Part shown: positions 46,874 through 57,000 of the stretch, one piece after another
Layout of the letters: each line of letters opens with the position of its first letter
Position numbering within the stretch: the stretch's first letter is position 1
Origin: an uncultured Kiritimatiellota bacterium
GTDB taxonomy: Bacteria; Verrucomicrobiota; Kiritimatiellia; RFP12; DVOR01
Length of the DNA stretch: 64,000 nucleotides
Direction of reading: 5' to 3'
NCBI GenBank assembly: GCA_944391085.1
Contig: CALXSE010000003.1
Coordinates: 54,143 to 118,142, forward strand
Made by a program: the position numbers and the translations under genes
The notes under the pieces: generated by a model
The model's database searches: none
Told to the model about the DNA's origin: nothing
The model's input: only the letters and a program-made list of their open reading frames with translations

Positions 46874-46934
46874 AAGGCCGTTGTTCAATCAAACAGGCGT
46901 TTGATGCAAAGCCACCATGGAAAGGTTGTCAATC

Positions 46935-47150
46935 ATGAAGCAATCGTTTCGCCTGCAAGGGCTTGACTGCGCGAATTGCGCCGCCAGGCTGGAGCGCGCC
47001 CTCAACAAACTCGAAGGCATGGGCCACGCCTCCGTGAACTTCCTGGCCCAGCGCATGACCCTCGAGGCCGAGGACGCGCGCTGGGACGCCGTCGTCCGCG
47101 ACGCCAGGGCCCTCGTCAAGAAACTCGAGCCCGACGCGGTGGTGGCCTGA
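46935..47150 (+). CDS. Heavy-metal-associated (HMA) domain metallochaperone (CopZ-like)
   Basis: MKQSFRLQGLDCANCAARLERAL carries the GxxCxxC metal-binding motif. SD GGAAAGG lies 8 nt upstream. It immediately precedes the P1B-ATPase. Confidence 0.7.
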   Translation: MKQSFRLQGLDCANCAARLERALNKLEGMGHASVNFLAQRMTLEAEDARWDAVVRDARALVKKLEPDAVVA

Positions 47151-47178
47151 GCCCCCGCCGGCCGGAAAGGAGGACGCC

Positions 47179-49056
47179 ATGACGCGCAAACAACGCAAAG
47201 GGCTCATCCGCATCGCCGCGGGCCTGGCCCTCTTCGCCGCCGGCTGGTGCGTGCCCGGGGGCTGGCTCGGCGGCTGGGCCGCGCGCGCCGTCTTCGCCGC
47301 CGCCTACGCCCTCGCCGGGTGGGACGTGCTCCTGGCCTCGTGCCGGAACATCCTGCGCGGCGAGGTCTTCGACGAAAACTTCCTCATGTCCGTCGCCTCC
47401 ATCGGCGCCATGGCCCTGGGAGACTTCGCCGAGGGCGCGGCCGTCATGCTCTTCTACCAGATCGGCGAATGGTTCCAGGCCTACGCCGTCGGCCGCACGC
47501 GCGGCTCCATCGCCGCCCTGATGGACATCCGCCCGGACTTCGCCGACGTGGTGCGCGGCGGCGAGACCCTCCGCGTCGCCCCCGAGGAGGTGCAAGTCGG
47601 CGAGACGATCCGCGTGCGCCCCGGCGGGCGCGTCCCCCTCGACGGCACCGTCCTCAAAGGCGAATCCGCCCTCGACACCGCCGCCCTCACCGGCGAGTCG
47701 CTCCCCCGCCCCGTCATGCCCGGCGACCCGGCCCCCAGCGGCTGCATCAATCTCTCCGGACTCCTCGAGATCCGCGCGGACCGCCGGTACGGCGACTCCA
47801 CCGTCGCGCGCATCCTCAGCCTGGTCGAGGAAGCCTCCGGGCGCAAGGCCCGCGCCGAGGCCTTCATCACCCGCTTCGCGCGCGTCTACACCCCCTTCGT
47901 CTGCGTCTGCGCCCTTGCCCTGGCGCTGCTGCCGCCGCTCTGCCTGGGCGGCGCGTGGGGCGTCTGGGTCTACCGCGCGCTCACCTTCCTGGTCATCTCC
48001 TGCCCCTGCGCGCTGGTCATCTCCGTGCCCCTGAGCTTCTTCGGGGGAATCGGCGCGGCCAGCCGCCGCGGCGTCCTGCTCAAGGGCGGCAACGCCCTCG
48101 AGACCCTCGCCCACGTCCGCACGGTGGTCTTCGACAAGACCGGCACGCTCACCCGGGGCGTCTTCGCCGTCTCCCGGGTCCTCCCCGCGCCGGGCTTCGG
48201 CCGGGACGCGCTCCTCGACCTCGCCGCGCACGCCGAGAACGCCTCCACCCATCCCCTGGCGCGGGCCGTCGTGGCGGCCGCGCCGGGCCCCGTCGACCCC
48301 GCGGCCGTCTCGGATCTCCGCGAACACGCCGGGCGCGGCGTCTCCGCCACCGTCAGGGGCCGCGCCGTCCTCGCCGGCAGCGCCGGGCTCCTGCGCGCCC
48401 ACGGCGTCGAACCCCCGGCGGACGTCCTCGGCCTCCCGGGCTCGGCCGTCCTGCTCGCCGTCGACGGCGCCTACGCGGGGGCCATCCTCGCGCAGGACCG
48501 GCCCAAGCCCGACGCCAAAGCCGCCGTCGAGGGCCTCCGCCGCGTCGGCGTCCGCCGCACGGTCATGCTCTCCGGGGACAACGAACCCGCCGCGCGCGCC
48601 GTCGCCGACGCGCTGGGGCTGGACGAGTGCCGCGCCAGGCTCCTCCCCGCAGACAAGGTCGCCCACGTCGAGCGCCTCCTTGCCGAGACGCGCGCCGCCG
48701 ACCCCGGGGCCCGCCTGGCCTTCGTCGGCGACGGCATCAACGACGCCCCCGTCCTGGCCCGCGCCGACGTCGGCGTCGCCATGGGGGCCCTCGGCTCCGA
48801 CGCCGCCATCGAGGCCGCCGACGTCGTGCTCATGGACGACCACGTTTCCAAGCTCCCCCTCGCCATCCGCATCGCCCGCGGCACGCTCGCCATCGCCTGG
48901 CAGAACATCGTCTTCGCCATCGGCGTCAAGGCCGCCATCCTCCTGCTTGGCGCGCTCGGCCTCGCGAATCTCTGGCTCGCGGTCTTCGCCGACGTCGGCG
49001 TCGCCTTCCTCGCCATCCTCAACGCCGTCCGCGCCCTCACCCTCGCGCGCCGTTGA
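47179..49056 (+). CDS. Heavy-metal translocating P1B-type ATPase (Cd2+/Zn2+/Co2+ type)
   Basis: CPC motif (ISCPCALVISVP), DKTGTLT phosphorylation site, and GDGINDAP hinge. 625 aa. Confidence 0.9.
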   Translation: MTRKQRKGLIRIAAGLALFAAGWCVPGGWLGGWAARAVFAAAYALAGWDVLLASCRNILRGEVFDENFLMSVASIGAMALGDFAEGAAVMLFYQIGEWFQAYAVGRTRGSIAALMDIRPDFADVVRGGETLRVAPEEVQVGETIRVRPGGRVPLDGTVLKGESALDTAALTGESLPRPVMPGDPAPSGCINLSGLLEIRADRRYGDSTVARILSLVEEASGRKARAEAFITRFARVYTPFVCVCALALALLPPLCLGGAWGVWVYRALTFLVISCPCALVISVPLSFFGGIGAASRRGVLLKGGNALETLAHVRTVVFDKTGTLTRGVFAVSRVLPAPGFGRDALLDLAAHAENASTHPLARAVVAAAPGPVDPAAVSDLREHAGRGVSATVRGRAVLAGSAGLLRAHGVEPPADVLGLPGSAVLLAVDGAYAGAILAQDRPKPDAKAAVEGLRRVGVRRTVMLSGDNEPAARAVADALGLDECRARLLPADKVAHVERLLAETRAADPGARLAFVGDGINDAPVLARADVGVAMGALGSDAAIEAADVVLMDDHVSKLPLAIRIARGTLAIAWQNIVFAIGVKAAILLLGALGLANLWLAVFADVGVAFLAILNAVRALTLARR

Positions 49057-49064
49057 GCCCGCCG

Positions 49065-49376
49065 TCAGGAGACGATGAGGAGGCGGGGGGCCGAGGCGCG
49101 GGGGCCCAGGCAAAGGCGCAGGAGGTAGAGGCCGCGCTTGAGCGTGGGGGGCAGGCGCAGGAGGATCAGGCCCTCTTCGTCGACCTCCTGGGGGCGGAGC
49201 GTCCGGCGGCGGCCCGCGCAGGCCCGGCGGGGACCCAGCGGCAGGGGGCGCAGGCCAAGGCGCGGGGGCGGCGCGCCGCGGGAGAGGGGGTCGGTGCGCA
49301 ACAGAAGAAGCTCGCCCGGGGCGCAGCGCCAGAAACGTCCCTGGCGCACGGAATAGGCGCAAAGCAGTTGTGTCAT
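49065..49376 (-). CDS. Hypothetical small Arg/Leu/Pro-rich protein (103 aa)
   Basis: Strong SD AAAGGAAAGGAAACGAC immediately upstream of the ATG at 49376. Composition is odd (R/P/L-rich) and there is no recognisable domain. Confidence 0.35.
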   Translation of the reverse strand: MTQLLCAYSVRQGRFWRCAPGELLLLRTDPLSRGAPPPRLGLRPLPLGPRRACAGRRRTLRPQEVDEEGLILLRLPPTLKRGLYLLRLCLGPRASAPRLLIVS

Positions 49377-49444
49377 GTCGTTTCCTTTCCTTTAATATGG
49401 GGTTTGGGGCGCCCCGGGGCGGTCTCCCGCCCGCGGGGCGTGGG

Positions 49445-49522
49445 TCAGCCCAAGAGGTTGAGCAGACCGCGCAGGAGGCTCCGCAGAGCCTCGAGCAAGA
49501 CGCCGATCAACGGGTTTTCCAT
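49445..49522 (-). CDS. Putative 25-aa amphipathic/hydrophobic peptide MENPLIGVLLEALRSLLRGLLNLLG
   Basis: Perfect SD AAGGAGGTG 4 nt upstream of the ATG (49520-49522). Below the track's length cut-off. Confidence 0.3.
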   Translation of the reverse strand: MENPLIGVLLEALRSLLRGLLNLLG

Positions 49523-49620
49523 GCGCACCTCCTTTCGTCGGGGCGGCCGCCCGGGGGGGCGGGCCGCTTGCAGGCGCGGGGCCCGGGGCGTCTGCCCCGC
49601 CGGCTTGGCGGGGCGGGGCG

Positions 49621-50382
49621 TCAGTTGGGCACCGCGGTGACGAGGGTGTCCTTGTATTCCACCATGTAGAGCACGTCTCCGCCCATGCGGGTGCGGAAGA
49701 AGAACTGGAGGGGGACGCCGTCGCTGTCGAAGGGCTCGTCGTTGTAGAGGAGGACCTTGGTGGGGTCGCCGGTGGGGTCGCCGTACTGGTCGCAACGGAT
49801 CTCGCGCCCGGCGTAGAGCATGAAGAAGCCCTCGTCCTCGGCCTCGTCGTCCCACGTCAGCTTGGTGCCCTGCACCAGGAAGGGGCCGGGGCCCACGATG
49901 ACGCCGCGCGCGCCGCTGTTCACCAGCTCGGTCACGTCCGTCAGGGTCGGCAGGGTCGGCAGATCCACGCGCCGCACGCCGCTGCCGGAGGCCGCCGTGC
50001 GCAGGCGCGCCCCGACGGTGGCGTTGACGACGAGCCTGTTCTTGCTCGGGTCCCACGCCGCGTCCTCCGCCGCGAAGGTGCCGCGCACCGCCGGGGCGAA
50101 CTTCACCAGCCCGCTGATGTTCACCGCCCGGCCCGCGGAGACCAGCTCCGCCACCAGGTCGGCGAATTCGCCGAGCACCAGGCGGATCGTGCTCTCCTTC
50201 ACCGCGCAGCCTTCCCTGACCATCTGGCGCGCCACGTCCTGCAGGCCATAGGTCTCCTTCACCTCCACGCGCCCCACGAAGGTCTCGGCGCCGGCCTTCT
50301 CGGTGGCCAGCTCGTTGCGCACCAGCCGGTAGTTCACGCTCTTGAGGTCTCCCTCCGAATTGATCACGATGTCCGTGTCCAT
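49621..50382 (-). CDS. HU-like DNA-binding domain protein with DUF4469-like C-terminal domain (tentative)
   Basis: Real start MDTDIVINSEG at 50382 with SD GAAAGGAAC. The N-terminal stretch ESTIRLVLGEFADLVAELVSAGRAVNISGLVKF matches the HU/IHF-like fold. The 47 codons upstream in the track lie inside the 172-bp direct repeat and are identical to the spurious ORF at 54702..58553. Confidence 0.55.
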   Translation of the reverse strand: MDTDIVINSEGDLKSVNYRLVRNELATEKAGAETFVGRVEVKETYGLQDVARQMVREGCAVKESTIRLVLGEFADLVAELVSAGRAVNISGLVKFAPAVRGTFAAEDAAWDPSKNRLVVNATVGARLRTAASGSGVRRVDLPTLPTLTDVTELVNSGARGVIVGPGPFLVQGTKLTWDDEAEDEGFFMLYAGREIRCDQYGDPTGDPTKVLLYNDEPFDSDGVPLQFFFRTRMGGDVLYMVEYKDTLVTAVPN

Positions 50383-50398
50383 GTCCGTGTTCCTTTCA

Positions 50399-50570
50399 CG
50401 CGGCCCCCTTTCCCGCCCCGGGCAACCCGCCCGGCGGCGCCGCACGCCGGGGGCCGCCCCACGTGCGCACCCTCCGCGCACCCCTGACAGGCCGCGCGGG
50501 GAAAACCGCGCAACCCCTTCCAAGCCAACGCCTCCGGGATACTGACACCCCTGACGCGCCCCCTGACGCC
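50399..50570. repeat. 172-bp direct repeat, copy 1 (identical to 58216..58387)
   Basis: CGCGGCCCCCTTTCCCGCCCCGGGCAACCCGCCCGGCGGCGCCGCACGCCGGGGGCCGCCCCACGTGCGCACCCTCCGCGCACCCCTGACAGGCCGCGCGGGGAAAACCGCGCAACCCCTTCCAAGCCAACGCCTCCGGGATACTGACACCCCTGACGCGCCCCCTGACGCC is found identically at both sites by visual alignment. Identical spurious ORF translations in the track confirm the match. Confidence 0.9.
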
Positions 50571-50604
50571 GCGCCGCCCCCTAGGGGGCGCCCCCTCCGG
50601 GGGG

Positions 50605-50643
50605 CAGGAGGACGGGCTACGCCCCTCCTCCTGTTTTGGTTTG
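50605..50643 (+). terminator. Intrinsic-terminator-like hairpin plus T-tract on the plus strand just after repeat copy 1
   Basis: CAGGAGGACGGGC tac GCCCCTCCTCCTG (13-bp stem, 1 mismatch) followed by TTTTGGTTTG. It is preceded by the perfect 14-bp palindrome AGGGGGCGCCCCCT at 50583-50596. Confidence 0.5.
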
Positions 50644-51038
50644 CTCAAGGTCCGTCCATCTTTCCTCTTTCTTCGCTTCGGTCCTACAAGTGCGCAATTA
50701 CATTGTGGACGATTCAGCTTGACAGGGAGGGAACAAGTCTTGTAGCATTGGGGCAGATGGCGCGGGGCGTGCGCTTCGTCGGTTGGCGTTGGGCATGCTT
50801 TTCGGGGCCGGAGCTGATGCGTTTGCGCGTACGTTCGTTTCAGAGGGAACCATGGCCTTTCCAAGCCTGGGCGAAATGTGTCGCGGAGGCGCGCCCAAGG
50901 GGTGCTCCTTGGGGGTGTTTTCTCGCGTTGTGTTTCCAAGCGCGGTTGTGGGTCCTCTGAAGGACTTTGGGGGGAGCCTCACTGGTTGTTGTCTCTCCGT
51001 TTCGTCGTTGGTGTGAAAACAGGGATTGGAGAACGGTC

Positions 51039-54000
51039 ATGAAGCGGTTTGTCTTTTGGATTTGGGCGCTGTGTGCGGCGGCGCCGGGGTTTGCCGATCA
51101 GGTAACCATTGATGGGGTCACGTGGACGTACAGCGTCCGCTCCAGGGAAGGGGCGTCGTATGCGGTGATTGAGGAGGCCAGCGGGGTGCAGGGCGCGGTA
51201 ACCGTGCCGGCAACGCTGGGCGGGGCGCCGGTCACGGAGCTTGAAACCGGATTTTTCGGTATGAGCGGCGTCTTCTACGGATGCACCGACCTGACGGAGG
51301 TCCGCTGGGAGGAGGGGTGCGCGATCGAGAAGATCGGGGGGTATGCTTTCAGGGGGTGCACAAGCCTGACCCAGATCACGATCCCGCCTTCGGTGACGAA
51401 ACTGGGGAACCAGGCCTTCAGAGGGTCGGGGCTGGAGACCGTCACGATTCCGGGCACGGTGAAGACGCTGGGCGCAGAGGTCTTCGCGGAGTGCCCCGAC
51501 CTGAAGACGGCTGTCTTTGAGGAGGGGGAGCTGATAGGGGATAGTACGAGCTCTGTTGATTGGACGAATCTTTTCAGGAAATGTCCGGAGCTGGAGTCGG
51601 TGACGGTGAAACGATTGCCGTACATCAAGGAGGGGATGTTTGCCGATTGTCCGAAGTTGACCTCGGTGTCGTTGCCGGTGACGGTGTCTGAGATCATGGG
51701 AATGGCGTTTTCCCGGAGCCCGAATATCACCTTCACGCTCGATGCCGGGGTGACGAGATTCTCTGTCGAAAACGGAATGCTGCGCTCCGCGACGGGACTC
51801 TATTATGTGCCGGGGGACCCCGAACGACTGGAAATCCCGGACGGGATTACCGATATTCTCGGCGGCATCTGCCGGGGGATGACGAACCTGCGCGAGGTGA
51901 CCGTGCCCGACACGCTGAAATCCATCGGCACGTATGCTTTCTACGGGTGTGCGTCGCTGGAGGAGATCGATCTTTCGGGAACGCAGGTGGCGGCACTGAC
52001 GGAGAGCGCCTTTGCGAATTGCCCCGCGCTGGCATGGGTGCGCCTGCCGGCGACCGTCACGTCGTTCGAGATCGGCAAGACCTTCGACGGTTCGCCGAAT
52101 GTGCGCTTTGAGGTGGCGGAGGGGAGCAAAACCTTTGCCTCGGACGAACAGCACGCGCTTTACAGCAAGGATATGACGATCCTTTTCCTCGGCCCCAATG
52201 CGGCATCCTTCACGGTGCCTGAGACGGTGACGGCTATCGCCCCTTATGCCTTCGACGGCCGCGCCGCGCTGACGTCCATCACCATTCCGGCGAGCGTCAG
52301 AGACTTCGGGTATGATGTCTTCCGCGGGTGCACGAATCTGGCGTCGGCGAACGGGCTCTGGCTTGATGCGGAGCAGACGACCGTGCTCGGGATTGACGCG
52401 GGAGAGACCGCGGTCGCCGCGGAAGATTTCCCGGAGACCGTCTGGCGCGTGGCCGATTACGCCTTTTATGAAAACACGTCTCTGAGCTCTGTTGTCTTCC
52501 CCCAAAAAGTAACCTCCATCGGGGCTTCCGCTTTTTACTATTGCGGCAATCTGGGGAGCGTGACCTTCGCCGAGGGACTTGAGGAGATTCGGGACGGGGC
52601 CTTTTACGGTACCGGCATCGGCGGGGAGCTCAATTTGCCCGCCACGCTGATGCACCTCGGGGATCGGGCGTTCGGCTGGACGTTTATAACAGAGGTGAAG
52701 ATGGGCGGCGAGCCGGGGCTGCGCGATGACCCGAATCTGACGCTCGCGGGAAACCCTTTTTCCGAGTGCGAGTGCCTGCCTGTGGATCCCGAGACATGCA
52801 TCATGTATGAGACTGCCGTCGCGAACGGTCCCCGCGTGGTTGTCGGCGTCGGTGAATATCATGACGAGACCACCGGCTACACGCACTATAATGTCCGGGT
52901 GTCGGATCTTGTCTTTCCGGAGAGCGTTCGCTACATCCTCAGTGGGCTTGACATCAGTGATAGCCCGAGAACCATCACGACCACGGGGCCAATCTACAGC
53001 GTTGGGAGCGCCGCCTTCATAAGTCCGACTGCCAAGGTGCACACCATCACCTTCGGCGGCAATGTGGGCGTGGTGGAATCGAAGGCCTTCTATGAGCTTC
53101 CGTATCTGCAGGTGCTGACTTTCAAAGGAAAAGTCGGTACCATCCGCAGCAATGTCCTCTGGGGGACCCCTCGCAGTCTGACGGAGGAAGGCAGCCTTTC
53201 GATAACCTTTGAAGGGGACGTCGGCACGATTGAGGCAGGCGCCTTCGACGCCACTACCAGCCAGGAATCCAACGTGTACGGATGGTCCCCTTTAAAGGAG
53301 CATCTCACCTCGGTGACCTTCGGCGGAACGATCGGCACTATCGGAGAGGATGCCTTTCGCGGGTGCTCCTCACTGAAGACCCTTGCCGGATGCAAGCCGG
53401 CGAACCTTGGCGCAAGAGCTTTTTACAATTGTCAGGCGCTGACGGAGGCTCCGGACCTGAGCCTTCTGAGCGAGGTGCCGCAGGGCGCTCTGCTGAACTG
53501 CTTGAACATAAAAGCGGTCGACGCCGGTGCGGCGACGGTCATCGGACCCTCAGCTTTTCAGGGATGCGTGTCGCTCGTCTCGGTGAACGCCCCGATGGCG
53601 GCGACGGTGGGAAAGAGCGCCTTCAAGATGCTGCCCAAGAGCGGCGGCGGTTGGGCTACGGCCCTGACGGAGGTGACGCTGGCCGAGACCGTCACGCTCG
53701 GCGCGGAGGCCTTCAGCGGATGTGCCGAGCTGACGGGACTGAAGACCGCTTCCGGCGGTGAGCCGGTGGTGACGTTGGCGACGTCCGTCTTCGGCGGATG
53801 CGCCAAGCTCACCGGTGTCACGCTTAATCCGGCCACGACGGAGATCCCAAGTGGCGCTTTTTCCGGATGCGCGGCCATGACCGCCTTCCCCTGGCCGGCC
53901 AATATCAGAATCATCGGAGGTTCCGCCTTCAGCCGCACCGGCCTTACGGGAGAGCTGAACCTGCCCGCCACGGTGGAGAAGGTCGACTACTATGCCTTTG

Positions 54001-57000
54001 ACGGGTGCAAGGGTCTGACCAAGATTACGCTTAATTCCGCGCCGGAGCTGCTCACGCCCTTCTCCGGGTGCTCCGGCGTCACGGAGGTCGTCTATACGTG
54101 CGATGTGCCGGAGCTTCCGCGGGTGTGGGACGGCCTCACAGGCCTGACTTCCTTCACGGTGAACGGCGATATCGGCACGTCGGCGAATTTTGCGCTCTCG
54201 GATTGCGACAGCCTGGAGACGATGACGGTGAAGGGCAATTGGGGGACCGTCGCGGCCGGAACCTTCTATGACCTTAGCAAGTTCACGACGCTGACCGTCA
54301 CGGGCACCGTCGGCGCCGTCGGCGACTCGGCCTTTATGGGGTGTACGGCGCTGACTTCGGTGCCAACAATCGGCGATGCGTCCCTTGAGGGGGCCATCGG
54401 CAACTCTGCCTTCCAAGACTGCTCGAGCCTGGAATCCGTCACGCTCGACCGCGACATCCGCGCCATCGGCAACTACGCCTTCCGTGACTGCACAGGCCTC
54501 AAGACCGTCTCGATCTTGGGCGATCTCCGCACGATTGGCACCTATGCCTTTTCGGGCTGCACGGCGCTGAACAATCTGACGCTGCCGACCTCGCTGGTCT
54601 CCATCGGCGACTACGCCTTCCAGAACTGCAACGCGCTCCCAAAAGACGCTGACTACATCTACACCTCGGCAGACAAGACGGTTATTCTGAGCCGGGTTTC
54701 GTCATCGCCCAAGCTGACCACGCTCAGCATCCCCGAGGGCGTCACCATGATCGGCCCCAGCGCGTTCGCCTCGGAATACAATCTGACGTCGCTGACGTTG
54801 CCTTCGACCCTGAAGGCCATCGCCAACAGGGCCTTCTATAATTGCAACAAGCTTACGAAGGTCACCATCCCGGCCGGTGTCGTGACCATCGGCGACTATG
54901 CCTTCCAGAGCTGTTCCAAGCTTGCGACGGTGACCTTTGAGCCGGAGAGCCAGCTGGCAACGATGGGCAAGGGAGCCTTTTCCAGTTGCAGTGCGCTCAC
55001 GGGCTTCGCCTTCCAGCCCGGGGTGACGGCCATCGCCGACAGCCTCCTGAGCGGATGCGGCAAGCTGGCGGCGGTGACCTATGAGCCGGGCTTTGCGCCG
55101 GAGTCGATCGGGGCAAGCGCCTTCAGCGGCTGCACGGCGCTCTCCGCGCTGCCTATCCCCGAAAGCGTGACCGTCATCGGCGACTATGCCTTCCAGAACT
55201 GCGACGATTTGACGGAGATGGGCATCCCGGAATTGGTCACGGCCATCCCGGACAACTGCTTCAACAACTGTGACGGCCTCACCGCCGTGACCTTCGGGGC
55301 GCAGGTCACGTCCATCGGAGCCTCCGCCTTCTATGGATGCGCCAAGCTGACCACGCTGCCGGCGGCGGATGCCGATGGCATCGTCATCCCGGAGACGGTG
55401 ACCACCCTCGGCGAAGAGGCCTTTTATAATTGCAAGGCCGTGACGAAGGTTACCTTGCCGGATGTCATCACCGAGATTCCCGAGTCGCTCTTCTATAGGT
55501 GTGCCGCGCTGGACACGGTCAAGCTGGGTTCGACCGTGACAAAGATCGGCGCCTCCGCCTTCCGGAACTGCACGGCGCTGGAAAGCATCGAACTGCCCGA
55601 CACGCTGACCACCTTGGGATCGTCGGCCTTCAGCGACAGCGGACTGACCTCCGTGACCCTGCCGGACGGACTGACGAAGCTGTCCTATTACGGGTTCTCC
55701 GGGTGCAAACGGCTCGCTTCGGTGACGCTGAGCCCGGATACCGTCGCCCTCGACACGGGGACCTTCTACGGGTGTACGGCTCTCACGGCCATCACCCTGC
55801 CCGCGGGGGTCACGGAGATCCCTCAGGCCGCCTTCATGAACTGCACCGCGCTGGAGACCGTCACGCTGGAGGGAGTGTTGACCAAGATCGGCTATCAGGC
55901 TTTCAGCGGTTGCCCATCGCTCCGCTTCGCGATTCCCGAGACGGTTGTCGCCATCGGCGGACAGGCCTTCAAAGGGTGCGCGGCCCTTACGGAGATCAGC
56001 ATCCCGGAGGGCGTCACGGAGCTGGCGGCGAATGTCTTCCAAGATTGCGGCGGCCTGACGGAAGTCACCATCCCGGCCACCGTCGGGAAGTTCAACGCGA
56101 GCGCCTTCGCGGGGTGCGACAGCCTCACGACGGTGACGCTCGGCGGATCGCCCACCGCCGTGCCGAATGCGATGTTCGACGGCTGCACGGCGCTGACCAC
56201 CATCCGTCTGCCGGACTCCGTCACCACCATCGGCGACTCCGCCTTCCGGAACTGCACGGCGCTCACCTCCATCGATATTCCCCCCCGCGTGACCAAGATC
56301 GGGACCTACGCCTTCCAAAAGTCCGGCCTGACCTCTGTCGTCGTGCCCGACACGGTGACCTCGCTGGGGACCTATACCTTCCAGGGCTGCGCGGCGCTGA
56401 CCTCGGCCACCGTCGGCGAGGGCGTCGCCACGATCGGCAACTACACCTTCGGCGACTGCACGGCGCTCACGAAGGTGACGCTGCCGGCCGACCTGAAGGA
56501 GATCGGAAGATCCGCCTTCTACGGATGCACGGTGCTCACGGCCATTGACATTCCCTCCGGCGTGACCAAGGTCGGGAGCAACGCGTTTGAAAAGTCCGGT
56601 CTGATCGCCGCCGTCCTGCCCGACACCGTGACCTCGCTGGGAACCTATGCCTTCCAGAACTGCACGTCGCTGACTTCGGTGGATGTCGGCGCGAGGCTTA
56701 CGAAGCTCGACACCCGCACTTTCTACGGATGCACGGCGCTCGCGGAGGTGACGCTGCCGGCCGGCCTGAAGGAGTTCGGGAGCAGCGCGTTCCAGAACTG
56801 CACGGCGCTTGATGCCATCACAATCCCCGAGGACGTAACCAAAATCGGGAGCAGCGCGTTCCAGGACTGCACGGCGCTCTCGGAAGTGACGCTGCCGGCC
56901 GGTCTGGAGGAGATCGGGAGCAGCGCGTTCCAGAACTGCACGGCGCTCTCGGCCATCATAATCCCCGAGGGTGTGACCACCATCGGAAACTACGCCTTCA

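Noticed and set aside
49065-49376. PilZ-domain assignment for the 103-aa R/L/P-rich ORF
   Set aside because: RxxxR and DxSxxG-like residues are present, but the spacing is wrong (RQGR, DPLSRG), so it is kept only as a hypothetical protein.
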